NCBI GenBank assembly: GCA_902470695.1
Contig: CABRHH010000008.1
Location: 8,808 to 72,807 of the forward strand
Length of the DNA stretch: 64,000 bases
Reading direction: 5' to 3'
From: an uncultured Collinsella sp.
GTDB taxonomy: Bacteria; Actinomycetota; Coriobacteriia; Coriobacteriales; Coriobacteriaceae
In this document: positions 61,317 to 64,000 of the stretch, one piece after another
How positions within the stretch are numbered: position 1 is the first letter of the stretch
How the letters are laid out: each line of letters starts with the position of its first letter
Translations under genes and position numbers: made by a program
Notes under the pieces: model-generated
What the model saw: only the letters and a program-made list of their open reading frames with translations
The model's database searches: none
Told to the model about the DNA's origin: nothing

Positions 61317-62174
61317 CTACCGGGCCGACTTGGCCGCATCCCAGAGCTCGTTGAGGCGCGCGGTGTCCAGGTCCTCGACCTGCACGCCCTCTTTGAAGGC
61401 CGCCTGCTCCACCGCCGCCCACCGCTCGCGAAACTTCATCGTGCTCGCCCGCAGGGCCGCCTCGGCATCGATGCCTTCCCAGCGCGCGACGTTCACCAGC
61501 GAGAACAGCAGGTCGCCGAACTCCATCGTGCGCGCATCGCTGCCGACCTCCTCCGCCGCGAATTCGGCACGTTCCTCGGACACCTGCTCCCACACGGCTT
61601 CAACGTTCTCCCATTCGAAGCCCGCCTTCGCGGCCTTGCGCGACACCTTCTGCGCCTGCATGAGCGCCGGCAAACCACGCGGAACGCTCTCGAGCAAGCC
61701 CTCGGGACACCCGGCTTCCTCGCTGCGGTCAGCCCGCTCGCCGCGCTTCACGTCGTCCCAAATGCCCAGGACATCAGCGGCGTCGGCAGCCCGAACGTCT
61801 CCGAACACATGCGGATGCCGACGGATGAGCTTCTCGTTCACGTCGCGCGCCACGTCCGCAAAGGTAAACTGCCCGGCATCCGCCGCGATCTGCGCATGCA
61901 AAACCACCTGCATGAGCACATCGCCCAGCTCCTCACGCAAATGGGCGGCGTCACCCGCCTCGATGCAATCGACGGCCTCATAGGCTTCCTCGATCATGTT
62001 GCCGGCGATGCTCTCATGCGTCTGCTCGCGATCCCACGGGCACCCATCGGGCTGGCGCAGGCGCCAAATGGTTTCCACCAGCGCCTGAGCATCCTCGCGC
62101 GCATCCACCAACGTCGAGGTGTCGCGCGTGATGCTCGCCAAGCTCGACGCGCCCGTTTCGGTCCATTCCGCCAT
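61317..62174 (-). CDS. mazG: Nucleoside triphosphate pyrophosphohydrolase MazG
   Basis: GCPWDREQT, EEAYE, EELGD, KLIRRHPHVF and a second-domain EFGDLLF. Confidence 0.95.
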   Translation of the reverse strand: MAEWTETGASSLASITRDTSTLVDAREDAQALVETIWRLRQPDGCPWDREQTHESIAGNMIEEAYEAVDCIEAGDAAHLREELGDVLMQVVLHAQIAADAGQFTFADVARDVNEKLIRRHPHVFGDVRAADAADVLGIWDDVKRGERADRSEEAGCPEGLLESVPRGLPALMQAQKVSRKAAKAGFEWENVEAVWEQVSEERAEFAAEEVGSDARTMEFGDLLFSLVNVARWEGIDAEAALRASTMKFRERWAAVEQAAFKEGVQVEDLDTARLNELWDAAKSAR

Positions 62175-62244
62175 GTTCGTCCTCAGCCTTTCTGTCAGGG
62201 TTGCTCAACTCAACGCGGGCGCAGGCCCCGCTCGCAGCAGCCTC

Positions 62245-62814
62245 CTACGCCTCGTCCAGCACCACGTGGGAGAACGCCTGCTCAATCGGCCGCTCGGAGT
62301 CGTACAGGCCAACGCTGTGCGTGCCGTCCTTGGGGATGGACACGCTGCCGGGATTGAACAGCCACAGACCCGGGTGCGCGGCGCTCTCCTCGTTCACCTT
62401 GATGTGCGTGTGGCCGTATACCAGCGCCGAGCCCTGCGGCAACGTCGGCACGTGGTCGACGCTATTGTGCATTCCGGCACCGAACACGTGCCCGTGCGTG
62501 CAAAACAGCTCGCGGCCGGACGGGTCGAGCACGCTGGCGCTCGCCGCCATGCAGGGAAACTCCAGAACCATCTGGTCGACCTCCGCCTCGCAGTTGCCCC
62601 GCACCGCCATCACGCGGCCCGAAGCCGCCAGCTCGTTCAACAGGGGGATAACCCGCTTGGGCGCATAATCGCGCGGCAGGTCGTTGCGCGGCCCGTGGTA
62701 GAGCAGGTCGCCCAGCAAGATGATGCGGTCGGGCTGCTCCGCCTCGATCGCGCCCATAAGGCGCTCGGCCCAAAAAGCCGACCCGTGAATATCGGATGCA
62801 ATGAGGAACTTCAT
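62245..62814 (-). CDS. YfcE-family metallophosphodiesterase
   Basis: SDIHG, LGDLLYHGPRN, RGNC, HGH, GHTH and NPGS. Confidence 0.92.
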   Translation of the reverse strand: MKFLIASDIHGSAFWAERLMGAIEAEQPDRIILLGDLLYHGPRNDLPRDYAPKRVIPLLNELAASGRVMAVRGNCEAEVDQMVLEFPCMAASASVLDPSGRELFCTHGHVFGAGMHNSVDHVPTLPQGSALVYGHTHIKVNEESAAHPGLWLFNPGSVSIPKDGTHSVGLYDSERPIEQAFSHVVLDEA

Positions 62815-63018
62815 GCGATGCCGCCCTTTCCGCCGCCGGGGCACACCCCGAACCGTCCATGCGCCTCAAGTGTACTCACCCGAAGGCCTCGCAGGCGGCC
62901 TGCAGACGCCCGGCGCCGCGACCGCTCAAAAACCTCCACACCCATCCGCTATCCTGTGGTCCTCAGCAACAACGATGCGGAGCCGCACCCAGCGGCGCCG
63001 CCCACCGATAGGATTCTC

Positions 63019-63348
63019 ATGGCAGCACCGCACACGCACGAGCACTCCCGCCCCGTCTCTTCCGACGCCCCGCGAAGCAAACGGTCAGGAGAAGGAGGCG
63101 ACGGCCTGTCCATCGCCTCGGCGGTGCTGGGAGCCGTAGGCCTCATCTGCGCCTTCAAGGTGAGCTGGCACGTTGGCGTGATCGCGGGCATCATCGCCAT
63201 CGTGCTGGGCGTGCTGGCGCATCGCCGCAGCGCGGGCAAGCTCGGCCTGGCGAAGGCGGGCATCGCCCTGGGAATCGCCAGCATCGTGCTGCTGGTCGGG
63301 CTGGTCATCGCCTTCGCCGTGCAGCTGGCGCAGGTTGGTCTGCTGTAA
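63019..63348 (+). CDS. Small membrane protein (DUF4190-like)
   Basis: IASAVLG, GIIAIVLG and AKAGIALG pattern; AGGA RBS. Confidence 0.7.
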   Translation: MAAPHTHEHSRPVSSDAPRSKRSGEGGDGLSIASAVLGAVGLICAFKVSWHVGVIAGIIAIVLGVLAHRRSAGKLGLAKAGIALGIASIVLLVGLVIAFAVQLAQVGLL

Positions 63349-63397
63349 GAGAGGCGAAATCGAGCGCTGCGAAGGCGGCGCGGTTCGGTGGCAGACT

Positions 63398-63757
63398 CTA
63401 CAGCAACGCTTCGGCCCACGCTTCATCGCGGAATCCCACGAGAATCGCATCGTCGGCAACCACCAGCGGGCGCTTGATCAGCATGCCGTCACTCGCCAGT
63501 AAGGCGTAGGCCTCCTCGTTCGACATACCGGCGTCGAGCTTGGCCTTGATTCCCAGCTCGCGGTACTTCATGCCGCTTGTGTTGAAGAACCGGCGCAGCG
63601 GCAGACCCGAGCGCTCGTGCCAAGCGGCAAGTTCCTCGGCGGTTGGGGTCTCCTCGACAATATGGCGATCGGTGTAGGAAATACCGTGCTCATCCAGCCA
63701 TTTTTTCGCTCGCTTACAGGTGCTGCAGCGGGGATATTCGATAAACAGAACGGACAT
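63398..63757 (-). CDS. ArsC/Spx/YffB family protein
   Basis: CSTCKRA, FFNTSG..YR and LIKRP; AAGGAG RBS. Confidence 0.9.
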   Translation of the reverse strand: MSVLFIEYPRCSTCKRAKKWLDEHGISYTDRHIVEETPTAEELAAWHERSGLPLRRFFNTSGMKYRELGIKAKLDAGMSNEEAYALLASDGMLIKRPLVVADDAILVGFRDEAWAEALL

Positions 63758-64000
63758 GGGCGCTCCTTCTCGCGCGGTTATCGGGTAACCGCAGCATACC
63801 CAGCCCGGCACGCTGTCAACGCGCCGCGCCCCCTCCCTTCGCCGGGCAGCACCGGGCCCCACCTCCCTTTCGCCGCGCCAGGCCTCTTCCACCGGGCCGG
63901 GTCCTCCAACCCCACCCTCCAAAGCGTCACCAACGCGCCGCGCCGAGCTCTCACTTCCGTCGGGCCGGGCCCCACCCGCCAACGCGCCAGGTCCCGTCGT

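Overview
This is a GC-rich bacterial chromosome segment. Gene content and order suggest a gut Coriobacteriia/Collinsella-like actinobacterium (inference). The core backbone comprises purF, a cysteine desulfurase, a phosphosugar mutase, pdxK, a MalY/PatB enzyme, prfA-prmC, serS, three tRNAs, ppx-ftsB-eno, mazG, a YfcE-type phosphodiesterase and an ArsC-family protein. The accessory blocks are: a beta-glucoside PTS/GH1 operon; a hypB-FeS/flavin oxidoreductase-hypA operon with no hydrogenase, plus a divergent TetR and a membrane protein; a cell-wall-anchored GH101 O-glycanase; a lactate racemase (lar) cluster lacking larE; a fructose-type PTS/aldolase/isomerase island; and an AlbA_2/Schlafen-domain gene between 68-bp direct repeats. 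The most notable observations are (1) an 8-codon leader ORF with two in-frame UAG stops upstream of the RF1 gene, whose read-through frame ends in the prfA Shine-Dalgarno; (2) nickel chaperones bracketing a non-hydrogenase oxidoreductase; (3) seven copies of a 30-bp-phased palindromic repeat with a fixed 61-bp core, two of which flank the sugar island; and (4) three small elements with 25-29 bp terminal inverted repeats. All family assignments come from motif recognition by eye; no database searches were run.
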